A DNA stretch of 64,000 bases from Paraspadella gotoi (taxonomy: Eukaryota; Animalia; Chaetognatha). The position numbers and the translations under genes were made by a program. Shown piece by piece: positions 22,091 to 36,326 of this stretch. Where the stretch lies: positions 10,371,042 to 10,435,041 of the forward strand of contig CM119265.1 of the NCBI GenBank assembly GCA_051294375.1. The letters are read 5' to 3'. Numbering within the stretch: the first letter of the stretch is position 1; the number at the start of each line of letters is the position of its first letter. The notes beneath the pieces were generated by a model that ran no database searches, was not told where the DNA came from, and saw nothing but the letters and a program-made list of their open reading frames with translations.

Positions 22091-24350
22091 CTATTGTCCG
22101 TCTCATTGTTTGTTTTTAAAGAATTATTATTATTATTTATTTTTATTCGGTTTTTGTAGAAACTAAATAAAATATCGATGATTAATTCTCGTACCGAAAA
22201 GGTAAATTCTCAGTGACAATCGAGACTAAAGGGATTTTTTTTTTAAAGATTTGTTTTCTATTCGCACGTGATCGCAAAATTTAAACTTTCAAAAAATTAA
22301 AAAACCAAAAGAGAAGAAAAATAAAACGAAACGGGAGGGTAATATAATTTTTTTTTAACTACCGATGATTACTGCATTCCGGAACGAAAAAGCAAATAGT
22401 ACTTGAGCACAGGGTTCGACGAGAAAAAACGACAAAATTTTTTTCTTAAATCGGGGAGGGCGAGGAAAAAAAACCAACGAGAAATGAACAAGAAAGAAGC
22501 ACGAGACGACGACGTGCACGTAGTACTAAGAACGACGCGGAAGGACGACCTGCGTCGGACGATCCAGAACGAGAATACTTGTAATAATAATAATAATAAT
22601 AATAATAAAAGATACGTATCAAAACAAAAAAACTGGTGGTCGATTAGAAAATAAAAAGAATCGTAAAAAGAAGGAATTAAAAAAAATGTTCGTCGGTGCG
22701 AGTTTTGGTGCATGTGACAAAAGATCACGACACACGAGCACACGTTGATAAGAAGGGGGGGCGGGGCGGGAAGCGAGGTAAGAGGGAAAGTTACATCAAA
22801 GAAACTTGGCGACGCGTAATTATCTACCTAAGCATTGAATAACAAACAATACGAAAAGAGGTTGGGAAGGCGGACGGGATAGAAACGTTTGGAGGAGGTG
22901 GTGGAGACTGGAGAGAGAGTGAGAAAGGAGGGTTACTTGACTCGTTTTGACCCTCACGAATAAAAATAACTCATGCAGGATTGAACCGGAAACAATACTA
23001 TGCGGTGCATTGAACGAAAGAAAGAGGGTTACTTCAAAAACAAAATAGGTACTAAAAATCACTTTTTTTAATACGATAAAATTACTTCCGTCAAAATACT
23101 TCCCCAAATAATGGTAAGTTGTACGAACACTGTATTCTTTGTAGTAATGTTGATATTGAATCGCGAACCAAAATATTCGGTTCTATTATTCGATAAAGTT
23201 AATTTTTGCCTACAACGCGTGAATATTAGTAATCGTGATTGGCTTAGGCGGCACACAGTTATATCTTCCGGGATTAATTTAATCGTCGTTCCAATATTGT
23301 TTTTATAGTTACGTGGTTTTTGAAATAACTTAACGTGTAAAGTAAAGCAATATATCTCTAGCGGATAAGTAAATTCTAAGGTATCACAGTTAATTTTTTT
23401 GTTTTTAATCTGCCGTGAAGAGCTCTTTGGAGGCTTTAAATAATAGATGTTATTGATTATTTCGTAATGGATAACATGGCTCCGGACGTATTTTGAAGTA
23501 AAGTGGGGAAAACCCAAAAATACATCTAGTAACAAAAACCCGTAGCAAAAAGTCTTAAAAAAAAGACTAAACTGACATTGCAGTCAAATTTCAATAAAAT
23601 AAGTTAAAACCAAACCAATACCAACAAATCCGTTTTGACTACTTTTAAGCTCAGTCATCTCCCCCCCCCAAAAAAAAATATCCAACTCAATAAATGCAAA
23701 GCAAAAGCCCCGCGAATTCCAATCCCCCAAACAAACAAAAAATACGCCTTCAAAAATGCAACATATCGAAACAAGAGGAGACTACGATACAAAACCAATA
23801 CAGTCATATCACTGAGGCACAAAGAATAATAAAGACAGTGACATCTGGGCAACGAACATAAATAAGTTTTATCAACTGTAGTAAAACACGAGGAAGGAAA
23901 CACCGATTCACTTTTTTAATCCAAATTATGATATGTACTGGCAAACGATTAAAAAGTTAATGCTATTCCCCCACTTTGACATTGACGCTGCATTCGTTGT
24001 CGCTTTTTTCGACGCTAATTTTACGAGGGTTTCTTCTTCGATTGCAAAAGCCAAAAAAACCAAAGCAAACGGAAGCGCTCGCTTACTAATCGAAGCCCCA
24101 ATAAGAATTTATTCAAATGTGATTTTCGGTGACAAGCGAGTGAGCAAATAAAAAGATTCTAAGAAAAGCCCCCAGACCGGAAAACAACAAAGCAGCGTTC
24201 ACGGGCCCTTTTCAACGGCCCCCACTAAAAAAGAAAACGATAATTTAAATAAAACAAAAAAATAGAAGGAGGATAACTTAATAGAAACCAAAAAATGGGG
24301 TCGAGATTTCCTACCCCATCTGCTCCTCCCTCCTCGTTTTTAATTCTCCC

Positions 24351-26294
24351 TCAGTGATGCTTGTAATCGAACTCGGGTTTATAAGCGAGAAAATCAAGAA
24401 GTTTATTGGGCAAGGGCAAGAGGGCGACCTGGCCCGGCGTCAGGTGTTGCAGGATGATGGTGCGGCACATATTCTGCAGGGACGGGAACGTGGGAAGGTG
24501 GTAGACGCAGACGAAGGTCGTCAGCGCCCCGCCGGAGACGGAGGAGGCGCCGCCTGTGGCGGGATGAGGGGGGTGGAGAAGCTCAATCAAAATACGTGTA
24601 TAAAGATATATAGACAGCTAGAGCCATTCATACCGTAAGTAGTGGCGACGGCCAAACGTGAGCTGCAGTGTGAGAGAATCGGCGTATAATTGACGGGGCA
24701 AAGGTGAATAACGCATGTAAATCGTTGAGTGCGAATCACATGCAAAATTTCACCAGAGTCTGGAAAGCATAAAAGTAAATGAGTGTTATAACTGGAAAAA
24801 TCCCCAATTCTCGCGTCAAAACTAGCCTCCATGAGCAATGAAGTAATTGACGTCAATGGGTTTCACTTGACGGGAAGACTTGGAGCTTCTGCAATGGCAG
24901 GTGTTGTCTGCCAAAGTCCCGATGATCAGCGAACCGTTTTTGGTAAACTGCAATTCTTGCAGGTGGTCTTGAAAATTCATTCCTGAGACACGAACAAAAA
25001 TCGATATCTTTTTTTTTTTTTTTAGTAATTTCAAAGTAAGGCCGCACGAAATGACTTGAAACGCCAAGTTAGTCGTCTTAACCTTTACCATTAACCTAGC
25101 CCCACCCGCCTATTTTTTTCCTCACCCGCCGGGTGGCAACGGGAGGTGGTAGTGATCTCGTGCCAGTCCGTAGTGGAGCTCTGATGAGACGAAGCGGAGG
25201 AAAGCGAAGAGAGGGAAGAGGAGGAGAAGGAGGAGGCGCGACAAGAGGCGGAGAAGCGAGAATTGAGTCCCATGGTGGGGAAGGAGGCCGAGGAGGTGGC
25301 GGGAATCGTCCTATCCATTTTCAGTCAACGAAAATAAACAAATATTCACACCAAACTTTTTAACCCCCCCCCTTCCCCCCGTTGACGGACCGGGAAACGA
25401 GACTGAGGGTGGAATCGCCGTCTCCGTGGAAGTTGGTGACTGCGAGACGCGAGGAAGCGAACCGCGGGTCGAAGCAGAAGCGAGACGAAGTCGAACTCAG
25501 CTTGATTCGTTGGATCAGTGTCTTTGAGTCCAGGTCGTACACGAGGAACTCCCGGGCGCCGAATCCTTGAGAGAAGCATGATGTTAATTATGGTTCAAGA
25601 TTTGAGTTAAGTCATAGAAAAAAGTCCGTTTGTAAAATTTTGCGAAAGGAAGGTTTTTTTCTTTTTGAAGTAGAATAAATGAAAATTTCTATTTTAAAGA
25701 AAGTCGAATAAACGTAATAAAACGGAAAAATGACTGAGGTCTCCTCCAAAACAGATTGCAACTATTCTCCAACTATTCCAGAGTTCAGGTTGACTCAAAT
25801 TTTTATCGACATGCTTACCAAGGGGGCCGCCCGCAGCCCCGCTTCGCTCGCCGTCGAGAGCGTCGTCATGACAAGGGATTTTGATCACCACCAGTCGTTT
25901 GTCCGGGGAAATTTGACCCAACAAACTTTCGTTGGGAAACTCCATCATTTGTTGGCCGAAAACGCCTTTAAATTTGTTTACCTGAAAACCATCCTTTTTT
26001 TTAAGACCATTTTTATTATATTGAACAAAAAACGCTTTTCAATATCAAAAGATTTGTTAGAATCAACGGACGAACCGAAGTATACACAAACTGACTGCGT
26101 AAAAGATGTAAGCATAAGTCATTTTTTCCCTCATGCGCAAGCACCTTGAGGTCGAGCAGGCCGAACTGTGAAGCCAGTTTGACGAGATGCACGACGACGA
26201 GGTTGTCGAAAAAGCAGAGAACGCCCTTGACGTGAAACTTTTGGATGGTAGAGAGTTGAGCCGGGATGTGGTGATACTCGAAGTGCGCCGCCAT
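24351..26294 (-). CDS. Multi-exon protein with C-terminal SOCS box and probable beta-propeller-like N-terminal region
   Basis: The C-terminus VYHLPTFPSLQNMCRTIILQHLTPGQVALLPLPNKLLDFLAY is a SOCS box. Upstream short exons are rich in beta-strand-like segments (GQISPDKRLVVI, RVYDLDSKTLIQ, ELQFTKNGSLIIG). Confidence 0.72.
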
Positions 26295-26917
26295 CTTGGA
26301 AAACTTGGTCCGACGACGAAACGAGAAAATCGATGAACCTGGTCGATCGAGGAAAAGGGGCAAGGGAGAAAGGATGGGGAGGTTAGAAGGGGTGAGGAAG
26401 GAGGGGAAGGTAGGATGATGAGGATGGAATCGCGAAAGGAAGAGATTAGCTTCAAACGTAATAAATAGATAGAAGCTAAAATAGACATGGTGTCGTTAGA
26501 AGTCTAAAATTGGAAAACTAAAAAAACACTCGATAGAAGAAAAGAACTGAAGATACAGTATCAAATACTGTAGCGCGGAAAAGGTCGAGAGTTAGTAAAT
26601 AGTTGAAAATTTAAAAATAACTTAAGTTAGACATGCTTTGAAAAAAAAATCCTGTAAAACAAAGCCAAAGCGGACGTGAAATATAAAATGTTCATCGTTT
26701 GGAATCACATTGGCCGACTATGACAATTTTTCTTTAGAATTCGGCCCGTGATTGGTGACTCCAATGACAGATATTACAGCCGCAAAAACTTGTAGTTACG
26801 AGAACCCTGAACCATGAACCCAGCAACGCGGCCACATTTCAAACCTGAGGAGCATAAGCCTCTCTTCTTCATCCATTTTTTCTGACTGGTCTCTGGGAAA
26901 AGTGGTGAGCGACGGCT

Positions 26918-27462
26918 TATAATCGGCGCCAATCAACTTTTAAAATTTTTTCTTATTGCCTCACAAACTTATGGGCAAACCCAATTCGCGGGACTTGGGA
27001 GGATTTACGTAGGATCAAATTACCTTTGTTGATGTCGATGATACCCTGACGCGACATGCAGAAGGCGGGGGAACAATCCTTGTAGATGTGGCCCTCGCAA
27101 GCGAAGAGCTTGTCCGCGAACCCGGCGATCGAGGCCCGCTCCTCGTTCCACTCTTGGGCAGAGCATTTGTGCAGCAGGGCGTAAGGAGGAATTCCCAGAC
27201 CGTAGGTGTTCCTGCGAAAGGAATTGAATGAAAGAAATAATACATTTTTAAAAAAAGAACAGCGAACGAAGAAATAAACTAAAAGATTTTGACCGATAAT
27301 CTGAGCGAACCTCCTAAATGAAAGCACTCCGGCGCCACCCTCTACGTTTCCTGAGGGTTTGAGAGTGAGGGGATGAAAGTAGCCCCCGCCGCCTCCGAAG
27401 CCCTCGACGCCTGCACCGGCGGCTCCGGCGACGACGATCGGCTTCGATCCGTCGTGACCCAT
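26918..27462 (-). CDS. Small spliced gene of unknown function
   Basis: Exons at about 27462-27311, 27212-27024 and 26937-26918, with GT-AG ends. Translation: ..YFHPLTLKPSG..RNTYGLGIPPYALLHKCSAQEWNEERASIAGFADKLFACEGHIYKDCSPAFCMSRQGIIDINKVDWRRL*. The 5' end is uncertain. Confidence 0.55.
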
Positions 27463-28749
27463 CCTTCGGGGGGGACCAACGTCAAGCGGACATCACTTGA
27501 GAGAGCGGGGGTTAATGATATTAAAAGCCAATTGGTCAACGCGATTATACCAAAGCGTCACCAACCTGTCACACATAAACGGAGTGAGGTAAGTGCGAGT
27601 TAGGCGATTGGGAGAAGACACTAATATAACGATCTACGATTACGCTGTATACGCCAGACATGGCAAAAACTTGACATGTGTTGACATAGACAATGTGGTG
27701 CTGTAGTTAACGACAAACGGTGATTGGCAGCCCGCTGCCTTGAAGCGAGGATTTAGAAAAGAAAAACGTGTAAAGCAATTTTTTTTGTTTAAATTGGTCG
27801 TTAAGTATTATATGTAGCGTGGTCGATTATTGTGGAATTAATTTATTCATAACGAAGCGAGACAGGGAGTCATAAACGCGGCACAAATTTTTTTTCTCCC
27901 CGCTAAACATGGCACTTTTTTCAAAAAAACAAAAATAGAACCAACTTTTTTATCCTTGGTAAAATTCGGGCAGGCTTATTAAAGATACCGTTTTGTCTTT
28001 TGTTTTGTTTTATTGTCCTGGTGTAAGAGATTACGGTTGTGCAAACAACGTTTGAAGAATATATGTCTGGACGCTGAAGGGTGTAAATAGGGTTTCATCT
28101 ATGAGACCTGAAAGATAAATAAAATCGCCTGGTATTACCAGCAAATTCAGCGGGTAACATCCTCTGACAAGGAAAACTGATTTTTCATAAAATGACTCGT
28201 TAAGTATATGAACTGGATCTATTGCAAAAAAAAAATATCAGCGGCGACAAAAAAGAAGCGGCTCCCACGCATCTAGTTTTTGGGAAAATATGGTATTTGA
28301 AACAGCGTAAAATGATTTTGTTGAGTAGGAAATACATCAATTTTTTTAACGACATGATAAGATCATATGAATTTGCCAACCAAAATTACAATTTAACAGG
28401 AAAGCTTTGTTTTTATTTAGTAAACGTATTGAGGATCGGATAAAAATCGGCGTTAGTGTTTTTGTCGTTTTTTAACGATTATTATATAGATTTTGAATCG
28501 ATTGCAAAAAGACTCGAAACAAATTTCATTTTCTCAGCAGCAGCAGCAGTAGTAGTAGTAGTAGTAGTAATGTTAAATTTGAAGGTGAAACGTGAAAGGT
28601 AGAGAAGACGCTGAAAGGCTATCTATGCACCCATGATTGGATTAATTAATGCAAAATTAATAAATAATTCCTTTCTTTCCTTCTTCCCCTCCATCGCCGA
28701 GATTGTCGTAATTAAACTTCGATCTGGCTTCGCGATCGTAAGGGGAGGA

Positions 28750-31700
28750 TCAACTCCCGAGAATGTCGTCGACCACGAGATCTCGAACTCTCAAGCTGCC
28801 GGCTCCCTGTCCGCCACCGGGAACGCCAGCACCGCCGACTCCGCTCCCCGTCACTCCCACGACCGCGTCACCTAATTCACCGCCGGCGGCCATGCCAACG
28901 CCATTGACGCCTCCGGTGGCACCGCCCTTGGCGACCCAACTGCTCTCCACGCCGACGGCAACTCCGTGTCCGCTGCGGCCGCAGCTCATGTGCGTAACTT
29001 CCTCCCAGTCGTCCTTTGAAAAGTTGTAGAACTCGACGCTGGCGAGGAAGTCGGCGCCGTCGTAGCCTCCCAGTGCGAAGAGGGCGCCTTCAACCACGGC
29101 CACAGAGAGGGCGCTCCGTGGGAACTTCATCGAGGCTGAAGAGGGAGAGAGATAATCAATTCTTAAGTGAAATTGACTTAAAAAGTTAATTAATTGAAGT
29201 AAAACACAAATCTCACCGATAAAAGTCCACTCATCGACCTCAATGTCGTAACGTTCGACGGTCCGCAACTGACTAGACCCATCGTATCCACCCACGGCGT
29301 AAATCACGTTTTCGATGGCGCAAACACCTGGGGGGGAAAAAACGAAAAAATGAATGAATGAATGAATGAAAGAGTGTCGGGAAGAAACTTTTGTGGATTC
29401 GTTCATCGGCTTTTATTCATCAGTGGATTCATTCATTCATTCATTCGCCCCCTAAGAAGAGAACAAGAAAGAAAAAGGGAGAGACCGGCTCCGCTCCTCG
29501 TGGTGTTCATGGAAGCGACAAAGTGCCAGGAGTTCGTCTCCGGAGTGAAACACTCCACCGAGTTGAGTCTCTTTTGGCCGTCGAATCCACCGACGGCGTA
29601 GAGGAGCCGATTGACGACGGCCACGCCCACACCGATGCGACGCGTCGCCATCTGAGCCACAGGCGACCAAACGTCCTCCGCCGGATCGTATCTATTAACA
29701 TAAACGATTCAAGTTAGTATATTATGAATATTTTTTCAAGGATTCAAGGATTCAAGGATTTTTCCCACAGGCATAAACGTCAGAGTCAACCCCCTGCCTC
29801 TAAACCCACCTCTCGACGCTTTGATGGTGCGTTGACGAGTGGGATCCTCCGACGGCGTAAATGAGGTCGTCGATGACGCCGACGCCGACCCGGTTGCGCG
29901 GCGCCGACATGGGACTGCACTGATGCCAGGCGTTCGAGGTCGGGTCGAAGCAGTCCACCGCGTTCGAATCCTGGTTCCCGTCGGGCGAGTTGTTCCGTCC
30001 GCCTATGGCGTAGAAAAGGCCGCGCACCATCGCCGCGCCTAGAAAGGCGATAGGGGTAGGTTCTTAACACTTAAAATATCGACGCTTATAAGGTCCACTG
30101 TCAAGGAGCAAACAACCAAAATTCGCAAATTCTGACCGAGTCCGGATCGAGGAAGAGCGAGTCGCTCCAGCCGAGTCCAAGAGTTTTCGCGCGGGTAATA
30201 ACACTCCATGTCCGATAAGGAATGCCGAAGGTAACCGCCTTTGGGGAAACATTTACCAATATTAAATAAATTGGAAAATAAAATTACGACTAAAACACCT
30301 CATTTCCCCCAGACCGGCTGAATAGATGACGAGCGGGGCGGAGGGATGCCGGCGCGCGACAGCGGCCGGCATCTTTTTGTGCAGAGTCAAGTCTTTGAAG
30401 ATCCTGGAGAGATAATCGCGACATCCTTGGTTCGATTTGAGAATTTCGCATTGCTGGATCTGCTTGCGGAGGAATCCCGGGGTGAGAAAGACGCAACGGA
30501 CGCCGGCGAGGAGCTGCTCCAGTTTGGGTCGCCGCGCCCGCTCCTCAAACTTGACCCAAGCGATGACCGCGTTGTATACCTCGCTCTCACAGTTGACGTT
30601 GAGTTCGTCGCGTTTGATCAACTGGGGGTGGGGGAGAAGTTTACATCAAAATCCGATTTCACAGTTGCAGTCTATCCTTAGCCGCTTAGCACGATGAGCC
30701 ACCTGAATCAACTGGCAGGCGTTGAGTTGCATAAACTCCTCGTGTTTGCACACTTCTGTAAAATGTTCGTAAATGTAATTTCGCGCTTTTTTGTTGAGAT
30801 CCTGACATCCGTGCTCGTTGGCGAAATCAGAGATTCCTTATGTAATTTTTTTAATTTTTAATATTCATTTTTAATAGAAGGTATAATATTAGCGTGCATT
30901 CGTGATAGAAAGGAACTGGTACCGATGCAATTAGAAGGATCCAATTGGTTTTCTAAAAAGGTGCAACAAGCCTCAACGACGTGTTGCATCTGAAACATGG
31001 TGGCTGCCGGCAGCAAGTAGGAAACGTTCATTTCATTGATGTGAATCTCGGAGGTGTAGGCAAAGTCGATAAGCATAGAGAGGGTGCAAGGCGAAATGCC
31101 CTGGACGGAGAAAACATTAAGTTCAGCTTTTTTATTTTTTAATGATTGATGAATAATCAATGAACGAGCTATGAATAATCAATAAACGATTAATGAATAA
31201 TTAATGAACGTATTGATCTACAGATGAATAAATCCACTGATGAATAAAAGCCGATGAACGAATCCACGAAAGTTTCTTCCTGACAATATATATATATTAA
31301 GGCGGAACAAAGTAAAAACTAAGAGTTCTGTAATATAAATAACGTTAGAGAATCCCTGTGGGATGACGAAATTTTAAAAAAATTAAGAATTTTATATATA
31401 GTTAATAACATAGAAGCATTTAAAGTTTATCGTATTACTATAAATAATATTTTTTTTTCAAAATCAGAATTTTTAAAAACGGATTCGGGTAGAGATTGAA
31501 AAAATAAAAAAAAATATTACTACAAATATTTCATTGTGATTATATATTTCCAAATTTTTTTGTTTTATTGCTTAAAATTAGCAAAAACTATAAAATTATG
31601 GTACGACGATGATGATGATTTTAAAGAGTTTTTCCATTATTTGACCACTTATCATCGAAATATTGAAAAAAGCATCATACTTTGCGTAGAAAACTTTTTA

Positions 31701-32328
31701 TGGGCTATCTGAATCCGTTCTTAAAAAATAATTTTTTTTACAATTTTTTTTTCATTGCCTATGCATTGATAAATATTTAAATGCTTTATTGTTATACTGC
31801 ACTTCACTAGTTAAAAAAGTGATAGTAAATATTGAAGTATATGATGGACAAATGAATTTTATATTACAGAACTCTTAATGATAAAAAGTGATCAATTTTG
31901 GCCCGCCTTGATATATATATAATATATCTCACCTGCAACGGAATCTCGTCCATTCGGCATTCGCGAAGGCCGCCGGTGAACATGGCCTTGAAGTAGGGGC
32001 TGCAACTGGCGAGGACGAGTTTGTGGACGTCGAATCTCTCCTCCTCCACGATGAGCGTGACGTCGCAGAGTTTTCGTGAGTGTCGCAACACGTTCATTAC
32101 TAATTGTTATCAAAGTTAACAAGTTTGAAACATATATACAACAATAACATTCCCTAATCCCCTTCAAAGACCTTCAAAGGCTTCCGAAGGATGTCTGAGA
32201 ATGGTGAAGTGCATGCTGCCGTCGAGCGGACGGTCCGAAGAGATCGGTCGAGGACGGTAAGAGGTCTTGGCGTGGGTGGGAGACGAGAGTCGCGACGAGG
32301 ACGGAGACGTCTTCAGCGGGGATGCCAT
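28750..32328 (-). CDS. KEAP1: Kelch-like ECH-associated protein 1 (BTB-BACK-Kelch)
   Basis: [110 protein letters not shown] and GRSGHGVAV all match KEAP1. About 10 exons. Confidence 0.95.
31405..31795. mobile_element. Degenerate AT-rich foldback/MITE in KEAP1 intron
   Basis: Imperfect inverted arms (aagcatttaaa..ttatc / gataaa..tttaaatgctt; tttttaaaaacggattcgggtag / ctatctgaatccgttcttaaaaa). Confidence 0.45.
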
Positions 32329-32597
32329 GTTTCTGCGCGTTTGAATTATGTCTTGTTTTTCAGTTTAAAATTGAGTTCCGAGTTCCGAATCGAGAAAGAA
32401 AAGATCGTCCGATCGATCGTCACGAAAACAGGCAACTTTCGTCCTCGGTCGGAGAAGATCGGCGAAGAGAAAATGTTTCGGGATTTCGACATCGTTCCCT
32501 TAAGTACGATGCTGATGAGAACATCTCAATGGCAGAAAATAAAACGAAATGAAAAGATGTTTGTTTACGATCAAACTAGTACAAATACTACAACAAT

Positions 32598-34089
32598 TTA
32601 AAGTATATGGAGACTCGTAAGGCGGCCTTTAAGGTAATTAAGAACAGCGGTCATCTTTGCGTTCGACACTTCCACGTCCATTTCTCCCTCGAAGGTAGCA
32701 ATTTGGGCAAAAGCTTCCAACATTTGATGTATTTTATCGTTGGAGAAAATCCCTGCGTTATTCCGGAGCAATTCAACATTGTTGTTTAAATAAATAACAT
32801 ATGAACTGTTCTATACAATCAAACCTACCTTTGGTCACGAAATCAAAAAGAAGACCGGCCAGGGTGTCCAGACAAAACTTCATAGGTTCCACCCTTCCGC
32901 ATCCGATCCATTGAGGTAAGGCGCCGACCACAGGCCACGCTTTCAGCACGTAATCAACGACGACGTCGACCTCGTCCAAATTGCGTAGATCCATAGCCTG
33001 AGTCTTGACGAGCGACTTGAAGGCGTCCAATGCGGGAGCGCATCTTTTGTAGGCGAAATCGTTGCGACGGTAAGAAGGACTGCAGGAGTACTTCCAAGGT
33101 TGGGGCAAAGCCTTGAAAGAAAGGGTGCACAAAATAAAAACCCATTCTTGTTATATCCAGTCGAGTACAAACTATAAACTCCCCCTTACTTTAAAAACGG
33201 CATCTTTCGCCTTGGTTAACTCTACGACCAAATCTCCGGCGTCGACGCTGGACCGCATGTAATTTTTCACTTGTTCGATGGAAAGGTGACCGTCCTCTAC
33301 TAACCCCTTGACGATCCTCAGTAGCCCCTGCTTGTCCATGCCCGAGAGCTTTTTAAGAAATTTTGCCTTTGCAGTGAGCGAACCGAAAGGGCCGGCCGTA
33401 GACGAGCGCCCTCCGCGAGGTTTTCCTTTTTTAGAAGCGATGACGGTCTTACTGCGAGGAGGCGGTGACGGTTCGCCCATATAAACCCACCCGCGAAAGC
33501 CACCACGTGCAGACCCGCGGCGTGCGCCTTTTTTTCCTCGCGATGTCTTTCCAGTTATCGCTTTCTTCACAGACGGTTCCTCGTTTGACGGTTGAGCGAC
33601 GTCTTCGTCGTTTTTCTCCCCGACGCCTTCCTCCACTTGGCTCTTTGTCGCGACACCTAACTCTCCGGAAGGAGGAACAGGTGGCAAAAACGTGGCGTCT
33701 TCGTCATCGCCCTCTTCCTTGGCTTTCTTGTTCGGAGGAGGAATTTCGGGCAGGAGGATAACGTTGTCATCTTTCCCATCGACCTCTGGAGAAATCTCGG
33801 AGTGAGAACGATTATTTCCCTTTGCGGCTTTTCTGCCGCGAGATTGTGAGGCGGTCTTATTCCGCTTTTTGGCGGATTTAGGTCCTGGTGGAACGTAAGA
33901 CTTGTTTTCGATTTCGTCGATTTCGAAGTCGGTCTCGAAAAGCTTGGCAGCGACCTCAGTTTTCTTTCCTTGGAGCGCACGCTTCGTTCGTCGGGGTCTC
34001 GTAGACACTGAAGACGACGACGGATCTAAGGCCGAACGTTCGTCGGTGCAATTATTGTTTTCAACCTCCGTTTTGATCGAGGAAGACAT
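32598..34089 (-). CDS. Uncharacterised protein, paralog B (long basic/acidic disordered N-terminus plus helical C-terminal domain)
   Basis: Exons 34089-33190, 33111-32829 and about 32752-32598 join in frame. The C-terminal domain is similar to the gene at 36511-37578. Confidence 0.75.
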
Positions 34090-34150
34090 GATGGATGAAT
34101 CAGTTTGAACTGAACCTTTTAAAGAAATTGGAAGAGAAATATAAATAATA

Positions 34151-36326
34151 GGATAGTGCGGGGTAATTCGGAACACTTTTGGAAGTAATCAAATTTTTCG
34201 GGAAGTAAATATATTTAAAAAAAAAAATATTGGTGATATATCTAGGAAAGTGTCCCCGCTACTAGTTAATGCAGTCGTTTTTCTCTTGCGGACCCTAGGG
34301 GTAATTCGGAACACTTAATATATTATATATAATTTTTTTTAATATTACAACTATTATAACTAAAACACTATTATTAAGTGCCTTTTATTAATGTTTTATG
34401 TATAAACAATTAAAAATCTGATATTTTTAAGTGCTTAAAATGATTTTTAAGACTATATTCTCACTTTTGAAAAATTATTCAATGACAATACCATGATGGA
34501 AAAAAAGTGTCGCGGTTTGGAAAAGCCAGTTAATTTTATTATCAAATATATTTTTTGCTTAATAAATAAGTTTTAATAGGTAATATGACCTCCCTAAAAC
34601 TAAATAAAATGATTATTTCTCAACAGCATTAAATTATTCAATGCATTCAAATACTTCCAAAAGAGGTTGTTTGTTACTGTTTTCACTTCTTTTTGTTTGA
34701 GAGAACTACTCATATTATTGTAAAAATTAGATCTCTGACATGATATTTTTTATCAGATTTGGGGTAAAAAATGATCCTTAGCAAGCAGTGAAAAAAATTG
34801 ATCCTTTATAAAGTAAATCAAGCTTGAGCATATTGTGATAATTGATTAAGAAAACGTCGAATTTGGGATCAAGTGCAGTATTTTTTTTTCTTTTATAGAA
34901 AACCAATATTTCGATCTTATTTGACAGATCATCGTTCAGGGTAAGAGTGAAATGAATAAAAGAAGAGAGCTAAGGAAGAGAGAGAGAGAGAGAGAGAGAA
35001 CAGGTGAGAGTCAGACAATACAACAGGGATAAATCCCTCTACCCCCCCCTCGTTTCAATGTCTAGTCTCATTTCTTCATTTTTTTTCACTTCAGTAAAAT
35101 CTTTATTTTTTTATTTTTGGAGTTGTTTGATAATATATCCAAAGGTAAATAAAAATGATAACTTTGCTTACAGAAAGGTTACCTGGAACCTTATAACTTT
35201 TATTGATACTTTACAATTTAAAAATATCATTCTGTAACATTTACAGCATCAATGTATTTTTAATATTGTTTTTTTTACATATGAATTAAGATTCATTCCT
35301 GAATCTATCCTAATGGAGATAATGACATGAGACTAAAAAAAAAGCAGGGATTTTTAATAGTATTGGTTAAACTCAAAAACTAATAAAAAAGAACCAGAAA
35401 TGAGTATAAATAAAAAGTGTAGATATAAAAAGGATAAAAATGAAGGAAGCATATTTTTGGACAATGCATTTTTTGTCATACATAAATGAGACAAAGCTTA
35501 AATGAATCACAAAAGGCTAAAGTTTCTTGATATTTGAATTTTATTTTTTGATTCGTACATTAAAATGCCGAAAAATAACTGGAAAGTAACCGCGACACTT
35601 TTTTTCCCATCATGGTAGATACAAAATTTGTATATATTTTTTATGTACAGTATTTTTGATACAGTTTTCTATTTCCTTCCATTCCTTCATTTCGTCCCCA
35701 TTCTTCCTTTCGAATTAATATTGGTTTTCAGCCCATTTCTTTATTTCCAATATTATTTTTCTTATTCTTTTTATTTATCCTTTTTATTTATCCTTTTTAT
35801 TTAACCTTTTCAATTTTTTTTTTATTTGTTATTACCTTTTCAAAATATTTTTATTTCAATTATTTTTATATTAATTTCATCTTAATTTTGTCTCAAACTA
35901 ATTTTTTTTATTTAGGCGATAAATTCAATTCCAAACTTTTGTATATTTTTTATTGCTAAAAATAGTATTTTTACTGTAATATGAATAGTATAATAATTTT
36001 TCCGCCTAATTATTTAAAAAATGTTACTAACTGTAATTATTACTTAGTAAATTATCACTAACAGGTTATAAAAAGCATAAGGAGTAGCACAGAACACTTA
36101 CCTTAAAGGTGCTCCGTTTTACCCATATTTAAATGTAGCTATGTAAAAAAAATTGAATTATTTTTATTATTATTATTTTTTTTTTATAATATATGACTGA
36201 CATAGGCTTGAAAACGACTACTCAAAGACAAGCAGTGGAAAGTCAAGTTTTTTTTGTTTTTTTTTTATATAATTTAATGTTACAGTGTTCCGAATTACCC
36301 CTGTTCCGAATTAGCCCGCACTACCC
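34151..36326. mobile_element. Family B DNA transposon, second copy in opposite orientation
   Basis: TA|GGATAGTGCGGGGTAATTCGGAACAC ... TGTTCCGAATTAGCCCGCACTACCC|TA. Internal sequence matches 12105-13700 in reverse. Confidence 0.9.
34491..35615. mobile_element. Nested non-autonomous DNA transposon family C (TA TSD)
   Basis: TA|CCATGATGGAAAAAAAGTGTCGCGGTT ... AACCGCGACACTTTTTTTCCCATCATGG|TA. Confidence 0.85.
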
